Source: Elusimicrobiota bacterium
GTDB lineage: Bacteria; Elusimicrobiota; Elusimicrobia; UBA1565; UBA9628
Length of the DNA stretch: 64,000 nucleotides
Direction of reading: 5' to 3'
Assembly: GCA_016218575.1 (NCBI GenBank)
Contig: JACRDN010000019.1
Location: 332,302 to 396,301 of the forward strand
Made by a program: the position numbers and the translations under genes
The notes under the pieces: model-generated
What the model saw: the letters and a program-made list of their open reading frames with translations, nothing else
What the model was told of the DNA's origin: nothing
Databases searched by the model: none
Shown: positions 47,883 through 57,530 of the stretch, piece after piece
Layout: the number at the start of each line of letters is the position of its first letter
Numbering within the stretch: the first letter of the stretch is position 1

Positions 47883-48116
47883 CTAGATCGCGGTCGTGAT
47901 CAGGCTTTCCGTGGAGAGAACGCCGGGAATGGCCCGGATGTCACGGACCACCACGTTGGAAAGGGTCGCCAAGTCGTCCGTCTCGATGTCGAGGATCAGG
48001 TCCCAGCGGCCGAACACGGCGGTGACGTGAGCCACTCCAGTGGTTTCCTTGATCTTGGCCAAGGCCTGCTTTTCCTTGCCCGCCATGAGCCGAACCAGCA
48101 CCAGTCCAGTTACCAT
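47883..48116 (-). CDS. Stand-alone Lrp/AsnC C-terminal (RAM) domain mini-protein
   Basis: 77 aa: [52 protein letters not shown] matches the AsnC-type ligand-binding fold without an HTH domain. Confidence 0.6.
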   Translation of the reverse strand: MVTGLVLVRLMAGKEKQALAKIKETTGVAHVTAVFGRWDLILDIETDDLATLSNVVVRDIRAIPGVLSTESLITTAI

Positions 48117-48309
48117 GCCTATTTCTCCTGTATAAACGACGCCTAAACCCCCGGAAACCCCCGCGATGTTGCGTGGGCTTCCTTATATAGCAAAATAGCC
48201 GCGTTTATTATACCAAATCGCCGTGGATTTTCTCTTTTTGATATTATGTCTGCTTCATGGTTTTAAGGGATCAAGCATCCTGTCGCCTCCGAACGCGGAG
48301 GCTCCTGTC

Positions 48310-49860
48310 ATGAAGAAGGCGCTGCCGCTTTTCCTGGGCCTGGCGGCCCTTTACGCGGTCCTGTTCGGCCTGCGGTTCTGGTGGTCCCAGTGGGCGCGCT
48401 CTGTGGAGCTCTCCACCGGAAAGCCGTCCTATCTCCACTACGAGTTCGTGGACATACGTCTGCGCGCGCGCGATCCCAAGCTGGTCGAGCGCTGGCGGAG
48501 GTCTCCTCCGAAAGCGTCCGTGCTCTTCCGGGGCAAAGAGGTGTCCACCGTTGCCCATCTGCGCGATCTAGAGCTGAAATACGATTCCGACTCGGGGGCT
48601 TGGATCGGGCTCTGGCCCTGCCCTTGGAACGCGGAGCCCGGGCGCTACGACCTTAGGCTCGCGGGATTCGAGAGTGAGCTGGCGGGCCGGCTCCGGACGA
48701 AATCCTTCGAGATCCGCCGGCGGCGGCCCAAGGCCCTGCCCCCGGGCTTCGTGGCCCTCACTTTGGAAAGCGTCATGCCTCTGCAAAGCATGAAAGTCAC
48801 GGCTCCCTCCGGGGAGAAAAAGGATTGGCGGGGACTTCTCGACTGGGTCGAGTACGTGGGGGCGGACGCCTTCTGGGTCCTGGGCGGCCAGACCCCGGGC
48901 CAAAAGCCGGGCGAGGTCTGGATGAACCAAAACCTGGCCATGATCCCAATGCTCGCGCGGGAATGCCGCCGCCGCGGCATCAAGTTCGGCGTGTACGCGA
49001 TGTGCTATCTCACCATGTCCTCCTCCAATAAAATCCCCGGCTACGAATACGCCCTGGAGATCGAGGACGGCAAGCCCGTGGAGACCCGCGCTGTGTCCCT
49101 GCGCGAGAAAAAGCGCGTCCGAGACGTGATCGAGATCCTCAAGAAATTCCGCGGCATCCCCGAGGTGGACTACCTCGGGATAGACTACGTCCGCAACGCT
49201 TTGGGCGGCTATGAGCTGGCCGAGGAGTTCTATGCCGAGATGCCGGGCCTGCGTCCGCCCCCGGACTGGGGCAAGCTCTCGCGCCAGGAGCGCATGGTTT
49301 ATTTCGCGCGCAAGAAGGTCATGCGCAGGGACCATGACTTCATCGACGCTTGGCAGTGGTGGCGGGCGCACCTCGTGGGCCAGATCGTGAGCCAGATCAA
49401 AGGGGAGCTCGGCGAGGAGAAGCCCCTGTGGGCCTTCACCCTCACCTGGGACAAGGGCTGGCATCACGGCCAGGATCCGGTAATGATGAACGATGCCGGG
49501 GTGGACGCCGACGCCCTCATGCTTTATGAGGCCACCGGCCCGCAATTCCATGACCTCATCCAAGACTGGAACGGCTACGTCAAGAGGAGGGACGCCCAGC
49601 TCGTGGTGGGAGACGTGATCGACTGGCCCCTCCATCAGCGCCACCCCGAGGGCCCCAAGGAGTTCTACCGCCGCTCCATCCTGGCCATAGACAAGATATA
49701 CTCCGACGGCCCGGCCGCCGGGGTTTTCTTCCATGACTTGAGCCGGGCCCTCTGGGGTCGGGTCGGGCCCTGGGGCACGAAGGCCTGGATGGACGAGGCC
49801 AGGAACGCGGCCCGGTATTTCCGGAGCCTCCCGCAGAATCGGGCCCCCGGGGACCGATGA
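48310..49860 (+). CDS. Secreted hypothetical protein, DUF4015-like putative glycoside-hydrolase TIM barrel
   Basis: A GGAGG SD lies 8 nt upstream of the ATG at 48310, and the signal peptide is MKKALPLFLGLAALYAVLFG. The blocks ADAFWVLGG, GIKFGVYAMCY and DYLGIDYVRN resemble the GHL/DUF4015 family. Confidence 0.5.
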   Translation: MKKALPLFLGLAALYAVLFGLRFWWSQWARSVELSTGKPSYLHYEFVDIRLRARDPKLVERWRRSPPKASVLFRGKEVSTVAHLRDLELKYDSDSGAWIGLWPCPWNAEPGRYDLRLAGFESELAGRLRTKSFEIRRRRPKALPPGFVALTLESVMPLQSMKVTAPSGEKKDWRGLLDWVEYVGADAFWVLGGQTPGQKPGEVWMNQNLAMIPMLARECRRRGIKFGVYAMCYLTMSSSNKIPGYEYALEIEDGKPVETRAVSLREKKRVRDVIEILKKFRGIPEVDYLGIDYVRNALGGYELAEEFYAEMPGLRPPPDWGKLSRQERMVYFARKKVMRRDHDFIDAWQWWRAHLVGQIVSQIKGELGEEKPLWAFTLTWDKGWHHGQDPVMMNDAGVDADALMLYEATGPQFHDLIQDWNGYVKRRDAQLVVGDVIDWPLHQRHPEGPKEFYRRSILAIDKIYSDGPAAGVFFHDLSRALWGRVGPWGTKAWMDEARNAARYFRSLPQNRAPGDR

Positions 49861-50318
49861 ACCTGCTGTTTCTTCTCTCGGCCGCCGTGGCCCATGCGCA
49901 GACCCCCGCCGCCCGGCCCGAGAAGCCGGAACGGGCGGCGCTGCACTCCGTCGGTCCGGACCAGCAGGCGCCGCCCTTGGCCCTGGCCCTCGACATGGCC
50001 TTCGGCCCCGCCGTCTGGGCCGAGGTCAAGATATCCACCACGGGTCCCGTGGCCGAGCTCTCTGGCCTTGTCAAAGAGGGTTATTACAAGCTCGAGATCA
50101 TACAGCTCGTCCTCATGAGCGTCCAGGCCCGCAGGCCCCTCAAGGAAGCCGTCAAGAAGAGGAGCGATGGCGCCAAGCTATCCGATATCGCCGCGGGCTA
50201 CAAGCTCGATTACGACAAGCTCTACGATTCCGCGCTCGCGGTCGAGGCCTTGGTGGACAAGGAGTACCTGCCGCGGTTCCCGGAGCCCAAGCCGCGCATA
50301 AGCGGGCGAGAACGCTGA
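49857..50318 (+). CDS. Small secreted hypothetical protein
   Basis: It has a signal peptide MNLLFLLSAAVAHAQ and overlaps the upstream stop by 4 bp (ATGA). It is 153 aa. Confidence 0.5.
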   Translation: MNLLFLLSAAVAHAQTPAARPEKPERAALHSVGPDQQAPPLALALDMAFGPAVWAEVKISTTGPVAELSGLVKEGYYKLEIIQLVLMSVQARRPLKEAVKKRSDGAKLSDIAAGYKLDYDKLYDSALAVEALVDKEYLPRFPEPKPRISGRER

Positions 50319-50328
50319 GAGGAGAGTT

Positions 50329-50865
50329 ATGCTTGATGGAAATTGGCGGCGAAGTCATCCACAAAAATTTCCCGGGAAGTTTTTGGGGATAAGTCTGGCA
50401 GCGGGACTGATTGCTCTCTGGTCGGGCCTCGCCCTCCCTACTGCCCTCCCTGCCGCCAAGCCCGCGATAGTCGCGCTGCGCAAGACGGCCTTGTCCCTTC
50501 CCGGCGGGAAGAAAGTCGAGGTCGAGGTGGCCGATTCCCCCTCCACGCGGGAGCGGGGGCTCATGTACCGGCGCAACCCCAAGGATTGCTGGATGCTTTT
50601 CGTTTTTTCCCAGCCCATGGCCCTGCAGTTCTGGATGAAGAACACCTTCGTCAGCCTGGACATAGTCTACATAGGCTCGGACAAGAGGATCACGCGCGTC
50701 CACGAGAAAGTCATGCCCTCCGTGGAGAAGACCATGGATGAGGATGTGGCGCGGGTCGGGGGCTTCGGCCAATACGTGCTCGAACTCCCCGCCGGGACGG
50801 CGCGACGGCTCAAGCTGAAGGAAGGGCAGGCCCTGGGATTCTCGGTCGGGATCCCGGAGAGATAG
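50329..50865 (+). CDS. DUF192-family protein (COG1430)
   Basis: GLMYRRNPKDCWMLFVF...LQFWMKNTFVSLDIVYIGSDKRI matches the DUF192 signature. Confidence 0.65.
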   Translation: MLDGNWRRSHPQKFPGKFLGISLAAGLIALWSGLALPTALPAAKPAIVALRKTALSLPGGKKVEVEVADSPSTRERGLMYRRNPKDCWMLFVFSQPMALQFWMKNTFVSLDIVYIGSDKRITRVHEKVMPSVEKTMDEDVARVGGFGQYVLELPAGTARRLKLKEGQALGFSVGIPER

Positions 50866-50871
50866 GCTCCG

Positions 50872-52581
50872 CTACGGCTTGCGCTCGCGGCGGATTTCTT
50901 CCACGCGCTTTTCTAAGAAGGCCCTGTCTTGCCACAAACCATAGCCCCAAAAGGCCAGGCCCAACGCCAGTCCCGAAGCGGCCAGGGACAGGGCGCCGGA
51001 GGAAAATAAGGCGGTTGCCAGCGATAAAAAGAAGTAAAGCGGCCATTTCCCGGCGTTTTTCCGGACAGACTTCAGGGCGTCCTCAATCCGATATGGCCGA
51101 TCCTCCTCTTTCCAAGAGACTCTTGTCCAGGAATTTTTGATTTCTTGAAGAATCCACAGCGCCACCGGCAAAAAATAGAGGGGGTTCCATGAATTGCCGA
51201 TCATTTGATAAGTGTTGTGCCAATAGTAGATGACAGCCGTGTGCATCATAAGCATAACCACGATCCAGTTGAGAGTCGCGGCATCCGAGGCGCTATTTCG
51301 GAGAGAAGGGATGTTTCGCCTCTGTGCGCGGTCCGGGTCCGCCGCTGCCCGGAGGCCGGCAAGAGCCTCGGCGGCTGCTTGCTTATCCTGCCGGAAGAGA
51401 GCTTCCCTATTGGCTTCCAGATTGCCCAGGGCCTGCTCCACGATTTTGAACGGCGATTGCAAAGTTATCAGAACATATGTCCGCAAAGCTCTCCGGGCGT
51501 AGGCGGGCTCATCCAAGTGATGGACGGGCCCCTGCTCATGGAGTTCCCGCGGCGCTGTGATGTCCACCAAAAGAAGGGACAGAGCGTCTTCTCTGCTTCG
51601 CGGCTCCGACAGGTGCTCCGAGACGGCGTCCAGGGCGTCGAATACGCGCAGGCTCCGCTCCATCTCTGGGAATTGGCGCGCGGCCAAGATGAGATTCTCG
51701 GCCAACTCGTACTGGAGGCGCTTGTCGGCGCTGGTCCTGATGTCCTCAATGATGCTCGCGAGAACGCCCTCGAACTCCTCGCCAGAGCGGGCATCGAGGA
51801 GGGATCCCATCTTTTGCTCCGCCTGGAGCTGGCTTTTAATCGCCCGGCCCACGGACCCGAGGACGGGAGCGGCGGAGTGGCGGCCAGTTTGCGGCGCAGC
51901 GGCCGCCGACGCCTCGACGGCCGCGATCCTCCCCCGCCGGGCCGCGCCCATTCTTGCCAGGATGTCCTTGGCGGTTTGCCGTGATCGGACATTGCTCAAC
52001 ATATTCAGGGCGAAGGCCGTGTCCCAGGAGGGCAGATAGGACTCGCTGACGGCCGCCAAGCGCGCCAAAGCGTCCGATTTCGCCGCCAAGTCGTGGAGCA
52101 GCTGCTGGAGGCGGGAGCGGTCGAGTGGTTTGCCGGCGCGCTCCTTATCGGACCAGGCATTGATTTCCCGCCGCAGGGCCTGGCATTCCGAGAATATCTT
52201 CAGCCTGTGGTTGTCGGCTAGGACCGCCGCCAGATCCACGGCCTCGTCCATGGCGGCAAAGACCTGTTCGGGCTTGTCCCAAGCGCTGGGGTCGTAAAGC
52301 CAGGGTGAATGCCTGGCCAGCACCGTGGCCAGAATCACGAGTTGATCGGATTCCTGTCTTGCCCAAGCGAGCCTCTCCAAGACTGGGTTGATGGAGCGGC
52401 GGAAAATCTCGGGGCGGGCGTAAAAGCGGTTGAGCAAGGTGACTGTCTCGGCCGGGACGGCCCCGAGTATCGGCGGCGCCGCGCCCGCGTGGATTAGCCT
52501 TGCGAACTCGGGCCCTGGGCGGGCGAAGCCCGAGGCGGGAAGGCAGAATCCTAGGATTAATAAGGCGAGAATACGGCTCAT
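50872..52581 (-). CDS. Hypothetical exported/membrane protein
   Basis: It has a signal peptide MSRILALLILGFCLPASGFA and a long helical Ala/Leu-rich body. The C-terminus has 3-4 TM helices (WIVVMLMMHTAVIYYW..., WPLYFFLSLATALFSSGALSLAASGLALGLAFWGYGLW). Confidence 0.5.
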   Translation of the reverse strand: MSRILALLILGFCLPASGFARPGPEFARLIHAGAAPPILGAVPAETVTLLNRFYARPEIFRRSINPVLERLAWARQESDQLVILATVLARHSPWLYDPSAWDKPEQVFAAMDEAVDLAAVLADNHRLKIFSECQALRREINAWSDKERAGKPLDRSRLQQLLHDLAAKSDALARLAAVSESYLPSWDTAFALNMLSNVRSRQTAKDILARMGAARRGRIAAVEASAAAAPQTGRHSAAPVLGSVGRAIKSQLQAEQKMGSLLDARSGEEFEGVLASIIEDIRTSADKRLQYELAENLILAARQFPEMERSLRVFDALDAVSEHLSEPRSREDALSLLLVDITAPRELHEQGPVHHLDEPAYARRALRTYVLITLQSPFKIVEQALGNLEANREALFRQDKQAAAEALAGLRAAADPDRAQRRNIPSLRNSASDAATLNWIVVMLMMHTAVIYYWHNTYQMIGNSWNPLYFLPVALWILQEIKNSWTRVSWKEEDRPYRIEDALKSVRKNAGKWPLYFFLSLATALFSSGALSLAASGLALGLAFWGYGLWQDRAFLEKRVEEIRRERKP

Positions 52582-52605
52582 TGGGGGCGCTGAGCGGTAC
52601 TCGGC

Positions 52606-53301
52606 TTACCGGTGCCAGGCACTGGGCGCGTATTCTTGCGGTTCCGCGTTGAAAAGAGAGTTTGCCGCGACCTTCCCATTTCGAGTGATTTTGATGGTGT
52701 GGGTGTAGGGATAGGAAAAGGTTCTCAGCTCCATCTGGCCGTCGCCGAATAGGATGACTTTTTGGTAGCCGCCCGGCGTTTGGGGCGTGGGCAGGTTGAG
52801 CTGGTAGACCTTGATCGCCGATGAGGCGGCCCTGTAGGCGTGGCTTCTGCGCGGCATGAGCCTAAAACCCCTGTCGAGGAGGGCTTGGCCGGGGTTTTCG
52901 GCCGTCAAGATGTCCTGGAGATTTTTGATGGGCCTGCGTTCAGGGCTGGCTTGGGGCAAGCGGCCCAGTAATTGAGGATGAACCGAAGTTCTCCTCGGAA
53001 CGCGCACCAGCTCCGAATGCTCCATCGGGCGGGGCGGGAGGCTTGCTCCATCCCAGATGGCGGAAGCATTCGCGTCCCGGACTTGACGCAGGAGGCTTTC
53101 GGCCTCTTCAGCCTGCGCCGGCCTGTCCAGGGGCGGGCGCGATAGAGCATGGGAAGTCGTCAATGGGATGGCGCTCCGGAGCAAGCTCCGGAGGTTCGCG
53201 GTTTGAACGGCCTGCGGCTTCTCCTTGTGGCCGACAGGCCCGAGGTCATCATGGATCCTCAGGCTTAGCAAGGCCAGCAATTCGGCTGGGAATGGCGGCA
53301 T
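52606..53301 (-). CDS. Hypothetical protein
   Basis: It is a 231-aa ORF co-directional with the upstream response regulator and has no recognisable motifs. The call is low confidence. Confidence 0.35.
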   Translation of the reverse strand: MPPFPAELLALLSLRIHDDLGPVGHKEKPQAVQTANLRSLLRSAIPLTTSHALSRPPLDRPAQAEEAESLLRQVRDANASAIWDGASLPPRPMEHSELVRVPRRTSVHPQLLGRLPQASPERRPIKNLQDILTAENPGQALLDRGFRLMPRRSHAYRAASSAIKVYQLNLPTPQTPGGYQKVILFGDGQMELRTFSYPYTHTIKITRNGKVAANSLFNAEPQEYAPSAWHR

Positions 53302-53414
53302 AAAGACCTCCGTAACGCGGCATGTATATTTTAGGAAATAGGGCCTGTTTTCAGAAGGGCCCTTCGGGCCATCCCGGGCTGCCCGAAAGGCCCAGATTTT
53401 AGGAGCCGAAAGGC

Positions 53415-54110
53415 CTACTTCGCGGGAGGGGCGTCGAGGCGGTAGCCGAAACCCCGGACCGCCACGATCATGGCGGAGGCGGGGCCGAGCTTGTCGCGCA
53501 GGTGGCTCAAGGTCACGTCCACGACCTTGGTGCTGAGCTCGAGGCCCTGCTCATAACCCCAGACGTGCTGCAGGAGAAAATCCCGGGTGAGCACCCGGTT
53601 GCTGCGGTAAATCAAGAACCAGAGGAGGTCGAATTCCTTGGCGCTGAGGTTGATCTCCTTGTTCTTGAGAAAAGCCTTGCGCGACTCCCGGTCGAGCTTG
53701 ACGTCCCCGGCGGCCTGCACCTGGGGCTCCTCCATCTTTCCCACCCGACGCAAGAGGGCCTCCACGCGGGCGATGAGCTCCTCGGTGTTGAAGGGCTTGG
53801 TCAGGTAGTCGTCGGCCCCTTCCTTGAGGCCCGAAACCCGTTCCTCCACGGCTTTCTTTCCGGTGAGAATGAGAAGAGGAAGGCTCGCGGTCTTCTGGTC
53901 CTCACGGAGCTCCCGGCAGAGCTCGAGGCCGTCGCCGTCTGGAAGATTGCGGTCGAGAATGATGAGTTCGGGGAGAGCCCGCCGCATGCTCTCTCTCGCC
54001 TTGTGCATGCTCTCGGCCGTCTGGACCTCGTAGCCGTCCTCCTTAAGAACCTCGGCGATCAGGTCCGAGGTGGCCGGCTGATCCTCGACGACCAGAATCT
54101 GGGCTTTCAT
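53415..54110 (-). CDS. Two-component response regulator, OmpR/PhoB family (no adjacent histidine kinase)
   Basis: The receiver domain has ILVVEDQ...LIILDRNLPDGDGL...ILTGK...DDYLTKPF. The winged-helix DNA-binding domain has LSAKEFDLLWFL...VLTRDFLL...VDVTLSHLRDKL...VRGFGYRL. Confidence 0.85.
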   Translation of the reverse strand: MKAQILVVEDQPATSDLIAEVLKEDGYEVQTAESMHKARESMRRALPELIILDRNLPDGDGLELCRELREDQKTASLPLLILTGKKAVEERVSGLKEGADDYLTKPFNTEELIARVEALLRRVGKMEEPQVQAAGDVKLDRESRKAFLKNKEINLSAKEFDLLWFLIYRSNRVLTRDFLLQHVWGYEQGLELSTKVVDVTLSHLRDKLGPASAMIVAVRGFGYRLDAPPAK

Positions 54111-54161
54111 GAAATCAATAACAGTATACTATTTGTAATTCGGTAACTGTCACCGAATTGC

Positions 54162-55769
54162 CTACAAAGGAATATTGCCGCGGTTGACTGGTTCTCCGGG
54201 GACGCGCTTGTCGCGCAGGAAGCGCAGGGCCCGGATCACCTTGTAGCGGATTTGGCTGGGCTCGATTACCTCGTCTATGGAGCCCGATGAGGCCGTCTGA
54301 TAGGGAGAGGCGAATTTCGCGGCGTAATCCGCGGTGAGCTGGGCCTTGAGCGCCGCCTTCTGCTCCTCGGTCTTGGCGTTGGCGAGTTCCCGCGAAAACA
54401 ATATCTCTATGGCCCCGGCCGGCCCCATCACCGCGATCTCGGCGCAGGGAAGCGCGAAATTGAAGTCCCCCCGCATGTGCTTGGAGCTCATGGCGATGTA
54501 GGCCCCCCCGTAGGCCTTGCGCAGTATCACGGTGATCTTGGGCACCGTGGCCTCGCAGTAGGCGTGCAGGATCTTGGCCCCGTGGCGGATGATGCCCCCG
54601 TGCTCCTGCTGGACGCCAGGCCAGTAGCCGGGGACGTCCACCAAGGTCACGATCGGGATGTTGAAGGCGTTCAAGAGGCGGATGAAGCGCGCGGCCTTGT
54701 CCGATGCGTCTATATTGATGGCCCCGGCCAGGTGCGCCGGGTTATTGGCCACGATCCCGGCCACTTCCCCGCCCAGGCGTATGAAGCCGACCACCATGTT
54801 CTTGGCATAGTTCGAGTGGACTTCGAAGAACTTGTGCTCGTCGGCGATCTGCCAAATCACGTGGTGGACGCGGTAGGGCTTCCTCGGATCGAGCTCGCTC
54901 ATTTTTTCGAGGAGAGGTGTCGTGCGGCGCAAGGGGTCGGGGTTTGCGATCCGAGGCGCGCGATCCCAGCGGCTCTGGGGCAGGTAGGACAGGAGCTCCC
55001 GCACCTGGCGGAAGCAGTCCGGCTCGGATTTAGCCACGAAGTGGCAGACGCCGGATTTGGCCGAGTGGGCCTCGGAGCCTCCCAAGGCGTCGAAGCTCAC
55101 CTCCTCGCCTGTGGCGGACTTGACCACGTCCGGGCCGGTGACGAACATGTGGCTGATCCCTTCCACCATGAAAATAAAGTCCGTGAGAGCGGGGGAGTAC
55201 ACGGCACCTCCGGCGCAGGGGCCGAGGATCACGGAAATTTGCGGGATGACGCCTGAGCACTGGGTGTTGCGGTAGAAGATTTCAGCATATCCATCCAGCG
55301 AGTCCACGCCTTCTTGGATTCTGGCTCCGCCCGAATCCAAGAGACCTATCACGGGCACCCGATTGGTCAAGGCCAGGTCCATGATCTTGCAGATCTTCAT
55401 GGCGTGGGCCAGCCCCAAGGAGCCCCCCAGGACCGTGAAGTCCTGGGCGTAGACGCAGACCTCGCGGCCGTTGACAGTGCCAAAGCCCGTGATCACGCCG
55501 TCGGCCGGGATGTCCTTGTCCTTGAGCCCGAACTCGGTGGCCCGGGTATTGACCAGGAGATCCGTCTCCTGGAAACTGCCCTCGTCCAAGAGGTAGTGGA
55601 TGCGCTCCCGGGCCGTGAATTTCCCCCGGGCCTTTTGGGCTTGGACCCTGTCAGGGCCGCCGCTCGCCAATGCCTTCTCCACGATTTTCCTTAGGCGGGA
55701 AACATTGGTGGAAGCCTCGCCGAGCGAGGGCTTGTCTTGGGCCGGCTTTGGCTTTTGGGTGCTATCCAT
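54162..55769 (-). CDS. Acyl-CoA carboxylase carboxyltransferase subunit (PccB/AccD5-like)
   Basis: 535 aa, with ARERIHYLLDEGSF...GVITGFGTVNGR...QDFTVLGGSLG and a C-terminal ...GPAGAIEILF... typical of propionyl-CoA carboxylase beta chains. Confidence 0.85.
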   Translation of the reverse strand: MDSTQKPKPAQDKPSLGEASTNVSRLRKIVEKALASGGPDRVQAQKARGKFTARERIHYLLDEGSFQETDLLVNTRATEFGLKDKDIPADGVITGFGTVNGREVCVYAQDFTVLGGSLGLAHAMKICKIMDLALTNRVPVIGLLDSGGARIQEGVDSLDGYAEIFYRNTQCSGVIPQISVILGPCAGGAVYSPALTDFIFMVEGISHMFVTGPDVVKSATGEEVSFDALGGSEAHSAKSGVCHFVAKSEPDCFRQVRELLSYLPQSRWDRAPRIANPDPLRRTTPLLEKMSELDPRKPYRVHHVIWQIADEHKFFEVHSNYAKNMVVGFIRLGGEVAGIVANNPAHLAGAINIDASDKAARFIRLLNAFNIPIVTLVDVPGYWPGVQQEHGGIIRHGAKILHAYCEATVPKITVILRKAYGGAYIAMSSKHMRGDFNFALPCAEIAVMGPAGAIEILFSRELANAKTEEQKAALKAQLTADYAAKFASPYQTASSGSIDEVIEPSQIRYKVIRALRFLRDKRVPGEPVNRGNIPL

Positions 55770-55907
55770 AGGGAGGTATTATAGCGACTTTCGCGCGGCG
55801 AGGGCAAAATGGAAAACGAACTCCTTACCATAAATTTGCCGACTTTTAGTTGAAAGCATCATCTTTGCATCATAGATAATCCGCTGCTGAAAGCCGATTG
55901 CATCTGC

Positions 55908-55936
55908 TTGACAGCACAGGTCAATTCCGATAGTAT
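55908..55936 (+). promoter_or_regulatory. Sigma70-like promoter: TTGACA, 17 nt, TAGTAT
   Basis: The -35 is cTTGACAg (55908-55913) and the -10 is TAGTAT (55931-55936), separated by 17 nt. The ATG of the downstream gene is at 55948, in an AT-richer intergenic stretch. Confidence 0.5.
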
Positions 55937-55947
55937 CTGGAAACGTC

Positions 55948-56577
55948 ATGAACGGCCTGTGGGCGGACTCCTGGTTCTACGTCTCGGCGGCTGGTTTTTT
56001 GGTGAGTTCGGTGTTTTTCATGTTCCTGTTGCGCCAATACCGTATAGCGGTCGAGAGCGAGGAAGCTCACGAGCCCGCGCCCCAGCCGGAGATCAAGCCC
56101 ATCGCGGCCGCTCTCAAACCCGTCCCTGAGGCGGTGGCGCCCCTGAGCTTGGAAAGGCCGGTTCCCAAGGTTGCCGCCGAGCCGTCTGTTCCCGCCCCGG
56201 CGCCCGCGCCTAACTTGAAGCCTCAATTGGAGAAACTTGAAAAAGAAATTTCCACGTTGAAAGCCCTGGTCATGAAGCAGGCCGAGGCGAGCCAGGACAT
56301 TCTCAAGCGTTTGAACGACATGGGAGCGAGGCTGCCCTCCCCGGCTCCGGTCTCGGTCCAGGCGCCGACGGCCTCAGATGCGGCCGGTCCTGCCCGGTCC
56401 TTGGGAGATAAGTTGCCGGGCATGGGCGCGCCAGCACCCGCGGCGGCTCCCGCCGCCGTTGAGCTGAAAGCGGAGGCTCCGGCTCAGGAGCCGAGCAAGC
56501 TTCCTTCCGTCCAACCAGAGGCATCCCCGGCTGATGAGGAAAAACCTGGCCGGAAGGGTCCTGTCTGGCCAATCTAG
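55948..56577 (+). CDS. N-terminally membrane-anchored Pro/Ala-rich protein with a short coiled coil
   Basis: It has one TM (WFYVSAAGFLVSSVFFMFLL), then PAPQPEIKPIAA..., then a coiled-coil segment LKPQLEKLEKEISTLKALVMKQAEASQDILKRLNDM, then PAPAAAPAAVELKAEAP. The composition is analogous to 10706-11641 and 18367-19038. Confidence 0.55.
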   Translation: MNGLWADSWFYVSAAGFLVSSVFFMFLLRQYRIAVESEEAHEPAPQPEIKPIAAALKPVPEAVAPLSLERPVPKVAAEPSVPAPAPAPNLKPQLEKLEKEISTLKALVMKQAEASQDILKRLNDMGARLPSPAPVSVQAPTASDAAGPARSLGDKLPGMGAPAPAAAPAAVELKAEAPAQEPSKLPSVQPEASPADEEKPGRKGPVWPI

Positions 56578-56633
56578 CCCTCCACATCTTCATCCTCGCT
56601 TGCAGCGTTCAGTCGGCCCGGGCCGGCTCTTTC

Positions 56634-57530
56634 TTGCCGGCGGTTCCTTTTTCCAAGCAATCCGCCGGAACCACGGCCGCCGCTTTCCTTAAGATTCCCA
56701 CCATGGCCAGGTCCCTGGCCATGGGAGGCACCCAGGCGGCATGGGCCCAAGGCGCTGAAGCCATTTTCTCCAATCCCGCGGGCTTGGCTTGCCTGGAGGG
56801 ACGCCGCGGCCCCGCGGAGCTGTCGCTTGCCTACGGGCGCCTCCTCGAGAGCGTTTACTCCGGGGCCGCCAGCTACGCCCGGCCCCTCGGCGCCGAGTCC
56901 GCCGTCGGGTTCGGCGTCCTCTATTTTACCCAGGCCCCGCAGACCGCCTACAGCACGACTGGGGATTCCACCGGAGAGTTCACGCCCTACGATCTGGCGG
57001 CCGCGCTGGGCTATGGGCGCAGGTCCGGCAGGATCCGGATGGGGGCGAGCCTCAAGCTCATCCGTTCCTCCCTGGCCGATGTTTCCGGGGCCACCGCCGC
57101 GGCGGACGTTTCGGTTCAGGTTCTCCATGCCGCGCGGGTAGGAGACACTCCGGTGGACATCGGGGCGGGTCTATCCAATCTGGGACCGGGTCTGCGCTTG
57201 GGCGAGAACACCGCGCCCTTGCCCCTGCACCTGCGCGCCGGCATGCTCTGGCACGCCTCAGAAGCCGCGGGCGCGGCCCTGGACCTCAACTTGCCGGTGG
57301 ACCACGATCCCTACGTCAGCCTGGGGTTTGAGCGCGAATTTAAGCGCGATTCCCTGCGGGCGGCCCTGCGCCTAGGCTACAACCAGGCCTATGCCCGGGA
57401 CGTGGAGGGGCTGGCCGGGGTCACCGCCGGGGCGGGCGTGGACACCGGGGGATTCAGGCTCGACTACGCATGGGTTCCCTTCGGAGAGCTCGGCATGACG
57501 AACCGATTTTCCCTCCTTGTTCGGTTCTGA
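56634..57530 (+). CDS. Outer-membrane beta-barrel, FadL/PorV-like (UPF0164-type), paralogue of 11638-12618
   Basis: TTAAAFLKIPTMARSLAMGGTQAAWAQGAEAIFSNPAGLA aligns with the N-terminal block of the 11638-12618 protein, and the C-terminus GFRLDYAWVPFGELGMTNRFSLLVRF ends in Phe. The listed start is a TTG; a signal-peptide-like LANLALHIFILACSVQSARA is encoded in-frame just upstream, so the true start is probably earlier (after 56538). Confidence 0.6.
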   Translation: MPAVPFSKQSAGTTAAAFLKIPTMARSLAMGGTQAAWAQGAEAIFSNPAGLACLEGRRGPAELSLAYGRLLESVYSGAASYARPLGAESAVGFGVLYFTQAPQTAYSTTGDSTGEFTPYDLAAALGYGRRSGRIRMGASLKLIRSSLADVSGATAAADVSVQVLHAARVGDTPVDIGAGLSNLGPGLRLGENTAPLPLHLRAGMLWHASEAAGAALDLNLPVDHDPYVSLGFEREFKRDSLRAALRLGYNQAYARDVEGLAGVTAGAGVDTGGFRLDYAWVPFGELGMTNRFSLLVRF

